This document shows positions 11,364 to 24,326 of a DNA stretch of 64,000 nucleotides, piece by piece. The stretch is from Octopus bimaculoides. Lineage: Eukaryota. The stretch covers positions 84,024,037 to 84,088,036 of the forward strand of contig NC_068982.1 of assembly GCF_001194135.2 (NCBI RefSeq), read 5' to 3'. Position 1 is the first letter of the stretch; each line of letters begins with the position of its first letter. The position numbers and the translations under genes are program-made. The notes beneath the pieces were generated by a model that did not search any database, was not told the DNA's origin, and saw nothing but the letters and a program-made list of their open reading frames with translations.

Positions 11364-14300
11364 CATCATCATTGTCGTTTAACTTTCCATGCTTGCATTG
11401 GTTGGATGGTTTGACTGAGGCTGCAAAGTTGACTGATCTGGCAAAGTTTCAACAGCTGGATGTCCTTCTTAATGCCAACCACTCTGAGAGTGTAGTGGGT
11501 ACTTTTTACATGCCACCGACACGAGGACCAGTCAGGCGGTACAGGCATCAACCACGCTCAAATGGTATTTTTTACGTGCCACTAGCATGGGTGCCAGTCA
11601 GGCGGTACTGGCATCAGCTGCAACAATGACTTCACTTGACTCAACAGGTCTTAGCAAGCACAGTTTATTGTCTAGTGACTGAAGGGTACTCTTAAATGGG
11701 CTGATTATGCTGCACTGGCATAGGCCACAGTTACGGTCTCACTTGGCTTGCCAGGTCTTCTCATGCACAGCATATCTCAGTCATTTGTTATCGTCTCCGT
11801 GAGGCCCAACATTCAAAGGTCGTGCTTCACCACCTCATCCCAGGTCTTCCAGGATCTACCTCTTCTACAGGTTCCCTCTACCGCTAGGGGGTGACACTTT
11901 TTCACACATCTGTCCTCATCCATATACAACACATGACCATACCAGCACAGTCATCTCTCTTGCACACCACATCTGATGCTTCTTATGTCCAACTTTTCTC
12001 TTACACTCTGTCATGTGTGCACACTGACATTTCACATCCAGCAGAGCATACTAGTTTCCTTTCTTGCAAGCTTACGCATGTTCTCAGCAGTCACGGCCCA
12101 TGTTTCACTGCCATGTAACATGGCTGTTTGCAAACATGTGTCATACAGTCTACCTTTTACTCTGAGCAAGAGGCCATTTGTCACCAGCAGAGGTGGAGCT
12201 CTCTGAAGTTTGCCCAGACTGTTCTTATTCTAGCAGCTATACTCTCAGAGCATCCCCCCCTACTGACTTGGTAATGGTAATGGAAGCTATCAACTACTTC
12301 TAGTTTTTCTCGCTGGCATGTGATGGAAGTTGTTTCCTGCACATTTTCAGTGTTATCTTCCCAGTTAGCCTTCCTTTGATATTGCTGCATCACTTATGTG
12401 TCCATAGCTTTCACCGGGTATATCTTACACCTTTTCTACAGATTGAGCAGGGCCATCTACCTGAAGGGATTTCTGATTTGTCTACCTTCCTACTTATTAA
12501 GAATTCTTCACTATACTCGTTGCCAACCCTCACCTTACTGACAGCATCTCTGTACATGGCTTTGTACAGCTCTCACTATCCCTAGTTTCTGCATTGACCA
12601 CCAGATAAGTGATTGGGGGACCCTGTTAAAGGCTTTCTCCATGTCAACTAAAGCCAGGTACAGAGGTTTATCTTTGGCTAGGTATTTCTCTTGTAGCTGT
12701 CTTACCAGAAATATAGCATCAGTGATGCTTTCCCGTGGCACAACCCCAAATTGCATCTCATCTAAACTAACTCTCTCCCTTGTTAGTTGGGCTAATGATC
12801 CTCTCCATGACTTTCATTACCTGATCCAACAACTAATTTGTATCTAATGCATCACCTTTACCTTTGTAGCAGTTGACTATCATGCTGCTATCACCTGGTT
12901 GACTATACGGGTGACTAGACTATAGCTGACACCACCTGATATTTTAAGCATCTCTGCAGTGATTCCTGATGGGCCAGGGGCCTTCCCTGTCTTCATACCC
13001 TTAATTGCTGTATCTACCAAGGTACTGTCAATTCAGGTAGCTGGTCGTTCATTTGGGTTGACATTCAGCAGACTCTGTTTCTCCCATTCATTCTTCTCAT
13101 TTAGCAACTTTTCATAGTGGCATCTCCAAGTCTCTCTGTTTGCAGCATCATTAAATGCAAGTGAGCCATCACCCATGCAGACACATTTCTCTCCTATGAC
13201 ATCACGATTCTCTCTTACACACTGTCTTGCTACACAAAACACTTCAAGTCTTTGGTCCTCACGATGCAGAACACTGGCAAATTTTTTTTTTATGTGCTTC
13301 CCCTCTAAGTAAATCTGTCTCCTAGCTTCCCTTCTGGCAACCTGATACAATTCCCTGCTACCACTGTTCTTCCAGTCCTTCCATGCCTGTTTCTTTTCCC
13401 TAATGGTCTTGTCAACTACATCGTTCCATCACCTTGTTGCCTTGGGTCAAGAGGGGACTTTGCACCAGCAATAGATCTGGTCAGTATCCCTCAACAGGTT
13501 GTCCCATAGGAACCTCCAGTTGTTTTCCACCTCTATTTCAGCAAAAGCTTCAAGTAATAAGTCTTTAAATCTCTGTCCATTCAGTGGATCCTTAAGCTTC
13601 TAGACCCATTTTCTCTATGTTGGTCATCTTCTAGGCATCCATTTAGCCCTGATCCTGAAGTCACTAACTACTAATCTATGTTGTGGGGTGCATTCTTCAC
13701 CTGGGAAGGTTTTGGCATTTATAAGTAGCCATCTTTCCCGTTTCCTGGTGAGGATGTAGTCAAATTGATTAGTGTGTCTACCAGACTGATAAGTGAACAG
13801 GTGACGAGCAGGTTTCCTGAAGTTAGTACTACAAACCATAAGATCATTTACATCACAGAATTCTAGCAGCCTGGTTCCCTCCTCATTGCAGGAACCAAAA
13901 CTATAGCCACCATGTACGCCATGGAAGCCCCCTACATGTTGTCCAGTATGCTCATTGAAGTCACCAGCCACAAAGAGAAGGTCCCTGTTATTCGTCAATG
14001 AGGTAGTCTGCAAGAGGGTGTCATAAAATCAGTCTTTCTGTTCATCAGGTAACCCTGACTGAGGGGCATAAGCCAAGCTAACTGCAGCACTAATCTAATC
14101 CTAAGTATTTTATCACAGACTCTGACTACCTTGACTACCTTATTAACCCATTTCTCTGCAAGAAGTATACCCACGCCCCCGACCCAGTCAGTGTTCCCTA
14201 CCCAGAAAATCTTATACCTATGTTCTTTGCCTGTGAGGAACCTAGCAGAACTTCCTCTCCAGCTTACTTCCTGGATGCAGCAACAATCTACACATCTCCA

Positions 14301-14490
14301 TTCAAGCCTCTCAACAATCTCACCAGACCTACCTTTCAATGTGCCAACATTAAGTGTGCCAACTCTGAGGGTATGGAAGGTGTAGGCCTGCAAGACCCTG
14401 GGATGGGGGACAGCAGCGTCATGTACCTGAAAGGAAAGCACGTATTTGGCAAAACTCATAAATATACAATACCCTTCAACCTGCATACAC
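11364..14490 (-). mobile_element. RTE LINE copy 2, near full span with 3' UTR and (GAT)n tail, internally deleted
   Basis: Collinear with copy 1: APE (VGTLNVGTLKGRSGE, VAGDFNEH), RT (QFGVVP..DMEKAFNRVP), C-terminal RT, 3' UTR and catcatcatc tail at about 11364; segment equivalent to 350-571 of copy 1 is missing. Confidence 0.93.
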
Positions 14491-14854
14491 TACACCATAA
14501 TTTATGCGCTACATAATCACAGTGTAACAAATTAATAACCACCACAAAATGATTAATAAAAATGGAGATGGGACTATGGATAACCAAGATAACCTTACTG
14601 AGAAAAAGACAGTGAATAATAATACTACTTCTACCAATAATTAATGGTGTGTATAACACTGACAATATTCTACAGTATGAGGGAAATGAATCTGATGGAC
14701 CATCAGTGTATCATATAATATTACTTGATTTGATGTTCCATACTAGGGCGAAAATACCCCATGTTGGTTATGCTTGAAAGAATGTAAACAAATCCTGTTA
14801 TTAAATAGACAGAATGAGGTGTTTACCACACATATCCACAGATTCTTCAAAACA

Positions 14855-15150
14855 TTCCAATTTTATCACAAATCTAAATGTAGAACTTTGAATCTCTCAA
14901 CACAAGTCTCACTCACATAAAAACGGATATACATCATATGCTGATTTAATTTAATTCAACTTTTATCACAAATCTAAACATAGTATATTGACTCTTTTAA
15001 CACACGTTTCAACCACATAAAGTAGATGTACCTCTTACAACTATTAACTTAACCTATATCACAAACCTATATGTAGTACTGAGAATCTCTATAAAAGTCT
15101 CACCAACATAAAATAAATGTACCTCTAATGCCTAATTAACTCAACTTAAA
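14855..15150. repeat. Degenerate ~98-bp tandem repeat, 3 copies
   Basis: tatcacaaa(t/c)cta...acataaa...gta(c/t)...ttaa recurs near 14860, 14960 and 15055. Confidence 0.65.
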
Positions 15151-15339
15151 TTAATCCCTCTAGTCCACCTAACTCATCTCTCACTATGATTATCTTTCAG
15201 TATACCTATCTGACATCTTCATTCACTAAACCCTATTCTAAATTTATCACTTTCTTGAACACTGTACAATTCCATAATCCATAATTTTTAATTTCAGTAT
15301 CTATTCTGACTGGAATTACATTACATCCAAAAGGACCCA

Positions 15340-15500
15340 GCACACTCTGTAAAGTGGTTGGCATTAGAAAGGTTATCCATCTGCAGAAACCGGGCCAAAA
15401 TGGACTATGAAACCAGGTACAACACCTGATTTTGCCAGCTCCTGTCAAATTGTCCAACCCAAGTCAGCATGGAAAATGGTCATTAAATGGTGATGATAAT
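15340..15500 (+). mobile_element. RTE 3'-tail-related repeat (family D)
   Basis: cacactctgtaaagtggttggcattagaaagg...ccaacccaagtcagcatggaaaatggtcattaaatggtgatgat. Confidence 0.7.
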
Positions 15501-15997
15501 ATTCTCTAGTTTTGGATATTATCTGCTAAGGTACAAAATTCAGGATCTCTCTGTTTTCACTCATTTACAACTTCTACACACACACACACACACCTAAACA
15601 TATGCATACCCTTCATTAAACTTGCGATTAAATATTATCTCCTTATTGTTACAATGGATAATTTCTTTATTCTGGTTATTACACATACCTCAAGTGCACT
15701 GAATGATATCTGAACCCAATTGTAGTCAGATGATTTATAACTTTTTCTACCCTAACTCTAGAAATTTATATATCTGTCCCTTGGTGTGAGTGTTAGTTTC
15801 TGTCTATTAGTATGACCTTATTTTCTCTGCCTCTTAACCTTCCTCAGTAAACCAAAGTTCTCTACTAAGGTTCTACCTCATTCTCTTTCCAATGTTATAT
15901 CTCATTTGCCCTCTGATGCTGGAATTGATTGCTGCTATAAGAACAGCTACCATTTGTTTTGCACCATGTGCACATTTATTCTTGAAACAACTGTAAG

Positions 15998-16209
15998 GCA
16001 GCAAACTGGCAGAAAGTTTGCATGCCAGGTGAAATGCTTAGCAGTATTTCATCTGTCTTTTATGTTCTGAGTTCAAATTCCACCAAGGTCGACTTTGCCT
16101 TTCATCCTTTTGAGATCAATAAATTAAGTACCAGTTGCGTACTGGGGGTCAATCTAATCAATTGGCCCCCTTCCCCAAAATTTTGGGCCTTGTGCCTAGA
16201 GTAGAAAAG
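15998..16209 (+). mobile_element. SINE family B with 20-bp target-site duplication
   Basis: Head ggcagcaaactggcagaaag; TSD attcttgaaaca(a/g)ctgtaag at 15978-15997 and 16210-16229 (1 mismatch). Confidence 0.88.
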
Positions 16210-17487
16210 ATTCTTGAAACAGCTGTAAGAAACTCTGCATACCTTATTACTTCCTTTCGTGCTCATGTAACAACTCAGCCATCATGTTTAAAGATATAGA
16301 TTTCATAAGTTAACCTGATGCCAGTTGTTTTCCTGTTTATACTTTTATTCTATTATAGATTGATAGCTGACACTTGGTATACATCTGAAACATCTATGTA
16401 GAAATGGAAACAAACTGGTGAATTTGTAGCAAACATAGCCAAGCATGTAAATGCACACTATCTTGTTTTAAATGAGATATTTTTTCAAAATAATTCATGG
16501 ATAGTAATGTTCATAAATCAGTAAAAACTTTTTTCCAAAATATACCTTACTAGTGTATTTTATCATTTGCTGCAGCTTATGAGTCGGGAATTATACTAAT
16601 TAGATATTAAAAAAATAAATGAATTATTATGAAATTCCTCATCCCTTGTGATAGAAGCTGTGTTTAGTTGAATTTAGTGTAATGCTATCCAATACAACTG
16701 AATTTGTTCTGAGGTTGTGTACTAGAATTCAGCAATAGTCTATTTAGTTACAGTTCTTATGTTACCTATTCATAAAAAAAGTGGAAGGAGCCAAGTGTTA
16801 TCTTGATTATGTAGACATGCAATTCTGATGAAGAGATATGATTTACTTTGATTTATTCTCAAATATTTATACTAGTTCTTAACATCACAAAATGAGTTTA
16901 CTTTGTACATCTTATTTCCTTTTTATCTATTAATGAGCTGAAGATGAAGTGCAAGAAAGAGTGAAGGCCTGTTTAAATAAGTTTTATAGAAGTATAACCA
17001 CCCCACTAAGTCCCATGACATACATCTTATAATGTAAGATATCTATGTAAACCTATAATGCTCTCTAACATAGACTAAGGATACAAAACACAAAGAAATT
17101 TTCATGACAAAATTTACAATTGGACCAGTCAAAAAATCATGCATTCATTTTTCCCCAAACCAGTTATTGAAGAAGTAATTAAACAAATTTCTTCATAACA
17201 AATATTAATTTCAGGTAGCTGTAAAGGTTATAGATGTTATTTATTTTATTATAAATAAAAAGGGAAAACAATATATTTTGTTTTCTATTTGTCATCATTT
17301 TATCTGTTAATAAATGGCATATGCACAAATTTGAGGTTGATGCCCATCTGTTTCAACATCTGAACAAAAATATTTTAATGAAATTTTGACAATCAGTAAT
17401 GATTACATTTAGATTAAATCAGAAATAAATTTTTTAAAAAGTCATCATTCAACAGCAGAACTGGACATGCCTATTGCTAAAATAGAG

Positions 17488-18167
17488 CTATAAAGGCTGG
17501 GAGTTACATAAAGTTCTTAATGTCATATCTTTATAATTAAACTGTGGAGTTTCCAGTGGAGTAAGTACTTCATCAACATAAGTTTGATACTCATTGGCAG
17601 TTGTTTTCTTGGATTTAATTTCAAGCTTTTTTTCCAGGTTTTCAATTTTAAGACGTAACAGTTCATTTTCTTCTTGGTAACTTTTTTGTAAGGATTGGTA
17701 ATTTTCCACTTCTTTTAATAGTAATAAAATATGCTTGCGGAGATCCTCATTTTGAATTTGCAGTTCTTCAATAACTTGTTTGTCATCTTTTGGCATTTTG
17801 GTCATAACAGGTTGTGCTGGAGCATGAATGCGAAAATTTATACTATCAGATAAAGTATCTAAGTTTTTAGGTGCATGAGACTGGTTTCGACTTATGAGAT
17901 ACTGAATTAAAGAATCATTTTCTTCAATAGTACGATAAAGAGTGACAATACGGGGTTCAAAATCTGCTTTTGGACTATTTGGTGTACTCTGAGGTAATCC
18001 TGAAGTAGCTGAATGAGAAGGATCTGATTTCTTTAATTCTTCTTGCTGGACATTCTTTTCTTTTTGTCGAATTATTTCTTGTTGTCGATTATGGTGACGA
18101 TGCTGTAGTTGGAGTGAATCTTTTGCTTGTTCCGAATTTACTTCAGACATAGCCTCTAATACACACT
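17488..18167 (-). CDS. NRBF2: Nuclear receptor-binding factor 2 (NRBF2), terminal coding exon (end of MIT domain, coiled coil, C-terminus)
   Basis: Acceptor ttttgcag (plus ctg 18168-18170), phase 1. EAMSEVNSEQAKDSLQLQ..H, ENDSLIQYL, KMPKDDKQVIEELQ..EDLRKHI and LTPLETP match recalled human NRBF2 motifs EAMKLTQSEQAHLSLELQ, DPDTLLYLL, KAPKDDKTIIEE..DLKRHV and LPPLDFP. The ATG at 18183 in the ORF track is intronic. Confidence 0.93.
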
Positions 18168-18544
18168 CTGCAAAATAAGCCATAAAAATAAATTCATAAG
18201 TAAAAAACAGACAGAAAGGTAAGTATATATGGACATGGATGTAGTTAGAACTTCAATTGTACTGTATTGCATAAATTATTTTCTATCATAAATTGCAATA
18301 CAACAAAGCACTGTGAGGTAGTTTTAAACAAAACTGTAAAAGATATTTAATTAGTGTAATAGCAATATCACCATCATCATCAGTCTTCTCTTCTTCCTCT
18401 TACTCTCCCCCTTCTTCTCCTATTCTAGGTTTCTCACTTACTACCATGATAACCCACTCCATCCTCTCTCACACAACCCTGAACTTAACATTAAGCTAGC
18501 ATGACTTAGACATTCCATTCTTAACATCTTAGATAAAAACTGGC

Positions 18545-19325
18545 AATGTTTCTACAGCTGGATGCCTTCCAAACGCCAACCATTCCAAGAGTGTAGTGGG
18601 TACTTTTTATGTGCCACCGACACGCGAGCCAGTTAGGAGGACCTGGCATCGATCACGTTCTGATGGTGTTTTATACATGCCACCAGCATGGGTGCCACTC
18701 AGGGGACACTCGCATCGACCAGGTTTGGATGATGCATTTTACATGCCACTGGAACAGGAGTCAGTCAAGGAGCGCTGGCCACAGCTACAATTTTGGTTTT
18801 ACTACATTCAACAGGTCTTCTCAAGCATATCATATAGCCCAATGCATCAAGGGTACTCATAAATGGGCCGGACATGCAACACTAACATCGGCCATGGCTG
18901 TGATTTCACTTTAGTTGCCAGGTCTTCTCAATCACAGCATATCTCAGTCTCCTGTCATTGCCTCTGTGAGGCCCGGTGTTCGAAGGTCATGCTTCACCAT
19001 CTCATCCCATGTATTCCTGGGCCTACTTCTTTTGTAGGTTCCTTCCACAGTTAGGGTATAGCACTTGCTCACACAGCTGTCCTCATCCATACGTAACACA
19101 TGACCATGCCAGCACAGTCGTCTCTCTTGCACACCACATTTGATGCTTCTTGTGTCGAACTTTTTTCTGAGAGTACTCTGTCGTGTATGCACACTGACAT
19201 TACACATCCAGTGGATCATACTAGCTTCATTTCTTTCAAGCCTACGGATGTCCTCAGTAGTCATGGCTTATGTTTCACTGCCGTGTACATGGCAGTTTGC
19301 ACACATGCATCATACAGTCTACCTT
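18545..19325 (-). mobile_element. 5'-truncated RTE LINE (RT C-terminus + 3' UTR) in the NRBF2 intron
   Basis: MTTEDIRRLERNEASMIHWMCNVSV..RRLCWHGHVLRMDEDSCV..WDEMVKHDL, followed by the family D 3' UTR. Confidence 0.88.
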
Positions 19326-20062
19326 TCATATATACACACACACATATATATATATATATATACATGTATGTATATATATACATGAATGTATATATATANN
19401 NNNNNNNNNNNNNNNNNNNNNNNNNNNNNNNNNNNNNNNNNNNNNNNNNNNNNNNNNNNNNNNNNNNNNNNNNNNNNNNNNNNNNNNNNNNNNNNNNNNN
19501 NNNNNNNNNNNNNNNNATGTGTATATATGAAAGGTAGAAACAGCTGTAAGACTTTCTACATAAAATATAATTTTACTTATACCATTGATCTCTTTATCTC
19601 ATTCTTTTTTATATATACACACGCTAATACACGACCCATGTTATATTCCCCACTCATATTACGACCACATCAGGGGCAAAACTAGTCGGTATACAACACT
19701 TACTCGGTATTACCTGTATCTTTAGGGTTTGGTTGACTCTATTACCCTGCGTAATCTTTATATATAAATGTATATATATTAGAGATAAAAATCCAAATTT
19801 ACAGGTAAAAACACAAATTCAATTTATCAAACATTAAAATTAAATGAAGTTTCACAGTATATAATATATAAATATATAATTTAGAGAAAAGAACCAAACT
19901 TCATGAACTCATCCATGAAAATCCACAGTCACATATAGAAAAAATTAATAAGTACATACATTATAAAGAAGTATAAAATACAAAGTAAAAATCATAAAAT
20001 AATTATAAAAACGACTATACGTGTTCCATAACCAAATTTTCAAATACAAAATAAAATCAAAT

Positions 20063-20176
20063 CGCATATGTTAAATGAATTCTTTTATTTCCAGCATATG
20101 ATTTACCATATGGAAGGTACAATTTGTAATCTTCGATACCTATGTTGGAAATAAAAGAATTCATTTAACATATGCG
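20063..20176. repeat. 36-bp inverted repeat (hairpin) with 42-nt loop
   Basis: cgcatatgttaaatgaattcttttatttccagcata (20063-20098) vs tatgttggaaataaaagaattcatttaacatatgcg (20141-20176), one mismatch. Confidence 0.9.
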
Positions 20177-20290
20177 TTTTACTCTATTTANNNNNNNNNN
20201 NNNNNNNNNNNNNNNNNNNNNNNNNNNNNNNNNNNNNNNNNNNNNNNNNNNNNNNNNNNNNNNNNNNNNNNNNNNNNNNNNNNNNNNNNN

Positions 20291-22592
20291 CATCCACAAC
20301 TGACTCATGGTTTAAGAGTTCAGAGAAGTGTTCGATCCAGTGATCTGTGATTTCTGTTGATTTAGTCAACAGGGTGGAAGACTCCTTGGAAAGCAAACGA
20401 GCTCATGTGGAGTTCTTAGGTCCATAAGCTTGCTTTATAAGATGGTAAAGCTTCTCGCTGTCATTTGCATCAGCAGCAGCCTGAACATCACGAGCAAGAT
20501 CCTCCCACCAAGTGTTCTGCATCTTCCTGAGAGATCGCTGCAGTAGTGATTTTACACTGTTATAGTGGGCAAGTGCTAGACTTCGCTGCACAGTAGACAG
20601 TTCTCTGTGTAGCAATACACTGTGAGCATGGCACTTTACCACCAATAGTCGCTGAACTTCAGCATCATTCTCATCAAACCTGTCTCTCTGTCTGGCAGTA
20701 ACATATCCCAGGGTTTTGGCTGCACATTGTAGAACCTGGTCTCGAAAATCCTCCCATGCTCCAGCAGTTTCAATGCTGGACAAGCAAGTCTGAAGTTCTT
20801 TCCTAACCACCATATCATATACCTTGTGGACATTTAGACGGCGAGGAATGCTGACTGGTACTCTTCTTTCTTTTACTCTAATTACCATTCGGAACTTTGC
20901 TCGCACAAGACTGTGGTCTGTCCAGCATTCTGATCCATGGAAGGACTTGACATTACAAATGTCATAAATGTCGCGCTTGCTGATGATGACATAATCCAGC
21001 AAGTGCCAAACTTTGGACCTTGGATGCATCCATGTTGTTGTGTGATCACCTTTGTGCATAAAATGAGTGCTTGCGATGTAAAGTCCATGTTCTTCGCAAA
21101 GCTCCAGTAGCATGAGACCATTGCTATTCATTTTCCCTACTCCAAAACGTCCTAGAGAGTTCCATGTTTGCCAGTCTGTTCCAACTCTGGCATTAAAATC
21201 CCCCAGTAGAATGACTTTATCAGAATTGGGAATTTTTCTAAGTATGGCTCTCAAATGGGTATAANNNNNNNNNNNNNNNNNNNNNNNNNNNNNNNNNNNN
21301 NNNTAATCAAAGTAGGTGCATAGGCACTTATTAGAGTAGCAAACCGCTTACCTTTCAAGTGCAACCGTAGTGTCATTATACGTTCATTTATAGGAACAGG
21401 GAGCTCTTCCAACTTCTTAAGGATATCAGATTGGACTGCAAAACCAACACCAGCCTCTCTGCGCTCCTCCTTCTGCCTTCCTTTCCAAAAAAAGGTGTAT
21501 CCACCTCTTACTGCCTCAAGCTGACCATCACCTTCTATACGAGTCTCTGAGAGTGCAGCTATATCAATTTTATAACGGTTCAGCTCACGAGCAACAATTG
21601 CAGTGCGTCTTTCAGGCCTACAATCACTCTTGTTGTGCAACAGACTGCGCACATTCCAACATTAAATGTTTAAGTTCCGTCCAGATTTTATAAATAAAAA
21701 ACTCTTTGCTTTTCGAGTGCAGGATGGATATCCATCAGTCACGCTAAACTGACCAGATATGGAAAGACAAGTAATTTTTGGTTCACCTTTTCTAGAACCT
21801 CCCCGGTCTCCGGGTGAGCATTGCCCTCTCCAAATGGAGCTGCTCAGACACCCATGCAGCAACCAAATCTTACCGCTGTCTTGGGTGACAAGGAGACGAC
21901 TTTATATCTAGCATGGGGCACCTACGTGCAGGTCGCTGACTACATGCTTCCAACCTGTCAGGTCTGCATGCTTCACCACCTTCCCATCGCCGCAGGACTT
22001 CCGAATAAAAAAAAAATATATAAAAATAAAATATATACTAAAAATAAGATAAATATATATAGGAAAATAAATAAAAAAAACGCACATGTCGAGCAGAGGT
22101 CGGCAATGCCTGTGCTGAGTTTTAGGTCTAATGAGGCTTGCACAACACTTCATAGACTCTCTCCACCTTACTGACATTATCGAGAGACAAGTTGGAGCAA
22201 GATGTCTAGTGCCAATATAAGTCGCAGGCTCAGAGATGTGGGAGCGCCATGATCTCTAGCACAAACCAAAGATCACCAAAATGTCCAATGCCATTCCCTG
22301 CATATTTGGTTTTATATCAGAGTGACCTTCTCCTAGAGACATGCTTCAACAAAAGCTGAGAAGCGCCTCACTCCCAGTGGTCTTTCAGCACGCCAGACAC
22401 CATCCCGGAATTTCTGCGTACCCGTGCTATTGCTAGATAGCCGTTGAGCCTGCACTAGGTCCATCCGAGTTTTCAACAGGTCTTGTTTTTAATCCTGCTG
22501 GGTTTCTAGCAACCCTCCTCACCAGGGTAGCCCTTGTGGGGGTGCTAGTTTAGTCGCCGGCAACCTGACCATGCAACAGGTTGTACTGGATT
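20291..22592 (-). mobile_element. BovB/AviRTE-like RTE LINE, 5' part (5' UTR + AP endonuclease), bounded by gaps
   Basis: WNVRSL, ARELNRYKIDIAALSETR, GVGFAV, ISAYAPTL, ILLGDFNARVG, WMHPRSKVWHLLDYV, ECWTDHSLV; long open stretches; distinct from the RTE family at 1-2670. Confidence 0.9.
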
Positions 22593-23952
22593 NNNNNNNN
22601 NNNNNNNNNNNNNNNNNNNNNNNNNNNNNNNNNNNNNNNNNNNNNNNNNNNNNNNNNNNNNNNNNNNNNNNNNNNNNNNNNNNNNNNNNNNNNNNNNNNN
22701 NNNNNNNNNNNNNNNNNNNNNNNNNNNNNNNNNNNNNNNNNNNNNNNNNNNNNNNNNNNNNNNNNNNNNNNNNNNNNNNNNNNNNNNNNNNNNNNNNNNN
22801 NNNNNNNNNNNNNNNNNNNNNNNNNNNNNNNNNNNNNNNNNNNNNNNNNNNNNNNNNNNNNNNNNNNNNNNNNNNNNNNNNNNNNNNNNNNNNNNNNNNN
22901 NNNNNNNNNNNNNNNNNNNNNNNNNNNNNNNNNNNNNNNNNNNNNNNNNNNNNNNNNNNNNNNNNNNNNNNNNNNNNNNNNNNNNNNNNNNNNNNNNNNN
23001 NNNNNNNNNNNNNNNNNNNNNNNNNNNNNNNNNNNNNNNNNNNNNNNNNNNNNNNNNNNNNNNNNNNNNNNNNNNNNNNNNNNNNNNNNNNNNNNNNNNN
23101 NNNNNNNNNNNNNNNNNNNNNNNNNNNNNNNNNNNNNNNNNNNNNNNNNNNNNNNNNNNNNNNNNNNNNNNNNNNNNNNNNNNNNNNNNNNNNNNNNNNN
23201 NNNAGTCCAATATATATATTCTTAAACTTCACACCTTATCTATAGCTTCAGGGTTTTTGTATAAACTAATTACATTTTTATTATTAACATATTAATTAAG
23301 CTAATATTGATATCTATAAATTTCCCATACTTAGTATATGTAAAACAAGACTGATGCTTTATTCAGACTAAAGAAAAAGCCCTGTTGACCTAAATGCTTA
23401 ATGTTTAATTCCCCAACATTATGATAGCAGTAAAAAAACCCAACCTAAAATAGTGTTGCCACTCTGACCAGAGAAACCTTTATAAGCATATCCATGTATA
23501 ATGCTTACACATTCCCTTTCCTTAGAAGTGATTGCCCCCTTATACTGTAACCACTAGATAAGAGACAAATAAAATCAGAGACAGTTGAAATTCTACCTAG
23601 AATTAATTACTAGCCTGCTAGCCTTGGCTATGTCAAGATGGAGTTTTATGTATTCTTCTTCCCACTTAGATTTTAAATGTTGCCACAATTATAATATGTC
23701 TATTCTACTGTAATTTTCTACATCCTTGTGCAGCTGAAGATTGTTCTACATATTGCATTTAATGTAATGCTCGCATTACTTAAATAAATGGAGAAGCATG
23801 AAACATGCGTGCTGCAATAATCTTTTAAATCCGTGTTGCTTTTTTTGATTTTTGATCACCTTGTTTTTGGATAATACCATACTATATTCTGGTGCCTAAA
23901 CATAAGTACCACATTCAATTTTGAATCTAAATCTAAATCTATATATGGACTG

Positions 23953-24326
23953 GCTCTTGTGCGGGTGGCACATAAAATACACCATTTTGAGTGTGGCCGT
24001 TGCCAGTACCGCCTGACTGGCCTTCGTAGGATTTTCGAGCGAGATCATTGCCAGTGCCCCTGCACAGGCTCTTGTGTGGGTGGCACATAAAATACACCAT
24101 TTTGAGTGTGGCCGTTGCCAGTTCTGCCTGACTGGCCTTTGTGCGGGTGACATGTAAAAGCACCCACTACACTCTCTGAGTGGTTGGTATTAGGAAGGGC
24201 ATCCAGCTGTAGAAACTCTGCCAAATCAGATTGGAGCCTGGTGTAGCCATCTGGTTTCACCAGTCCTCAGTCAAATCGTCCAACCCATGCTAGCATGGAA
24301 AGCGGACATTAAAGATGATGATGATG

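Noticed and set aside
18168-18183. ATG start (MAYFA) of the 231-aa ORF
   Set aside because: It lies in the polypyrimidine tract/acceptor; homology begins at the AG and continues in the 29264-29348 exon
22500-22570. Possible HDV-like ribozyme in the BovB-like 5' UTR (cctcctcacc loop; ctagca/tgctag pairing)
   Set aside because: I could not assemble P1, P4 and the catalytic C in either orientation; it appears to be only a hairpin
23953-24170. CRISPR-like repeat array
   Set aside because: Eukaryotic context; two long tandem units of a LINE 3' UTR, not repeat-spacer structure, and no cas genes
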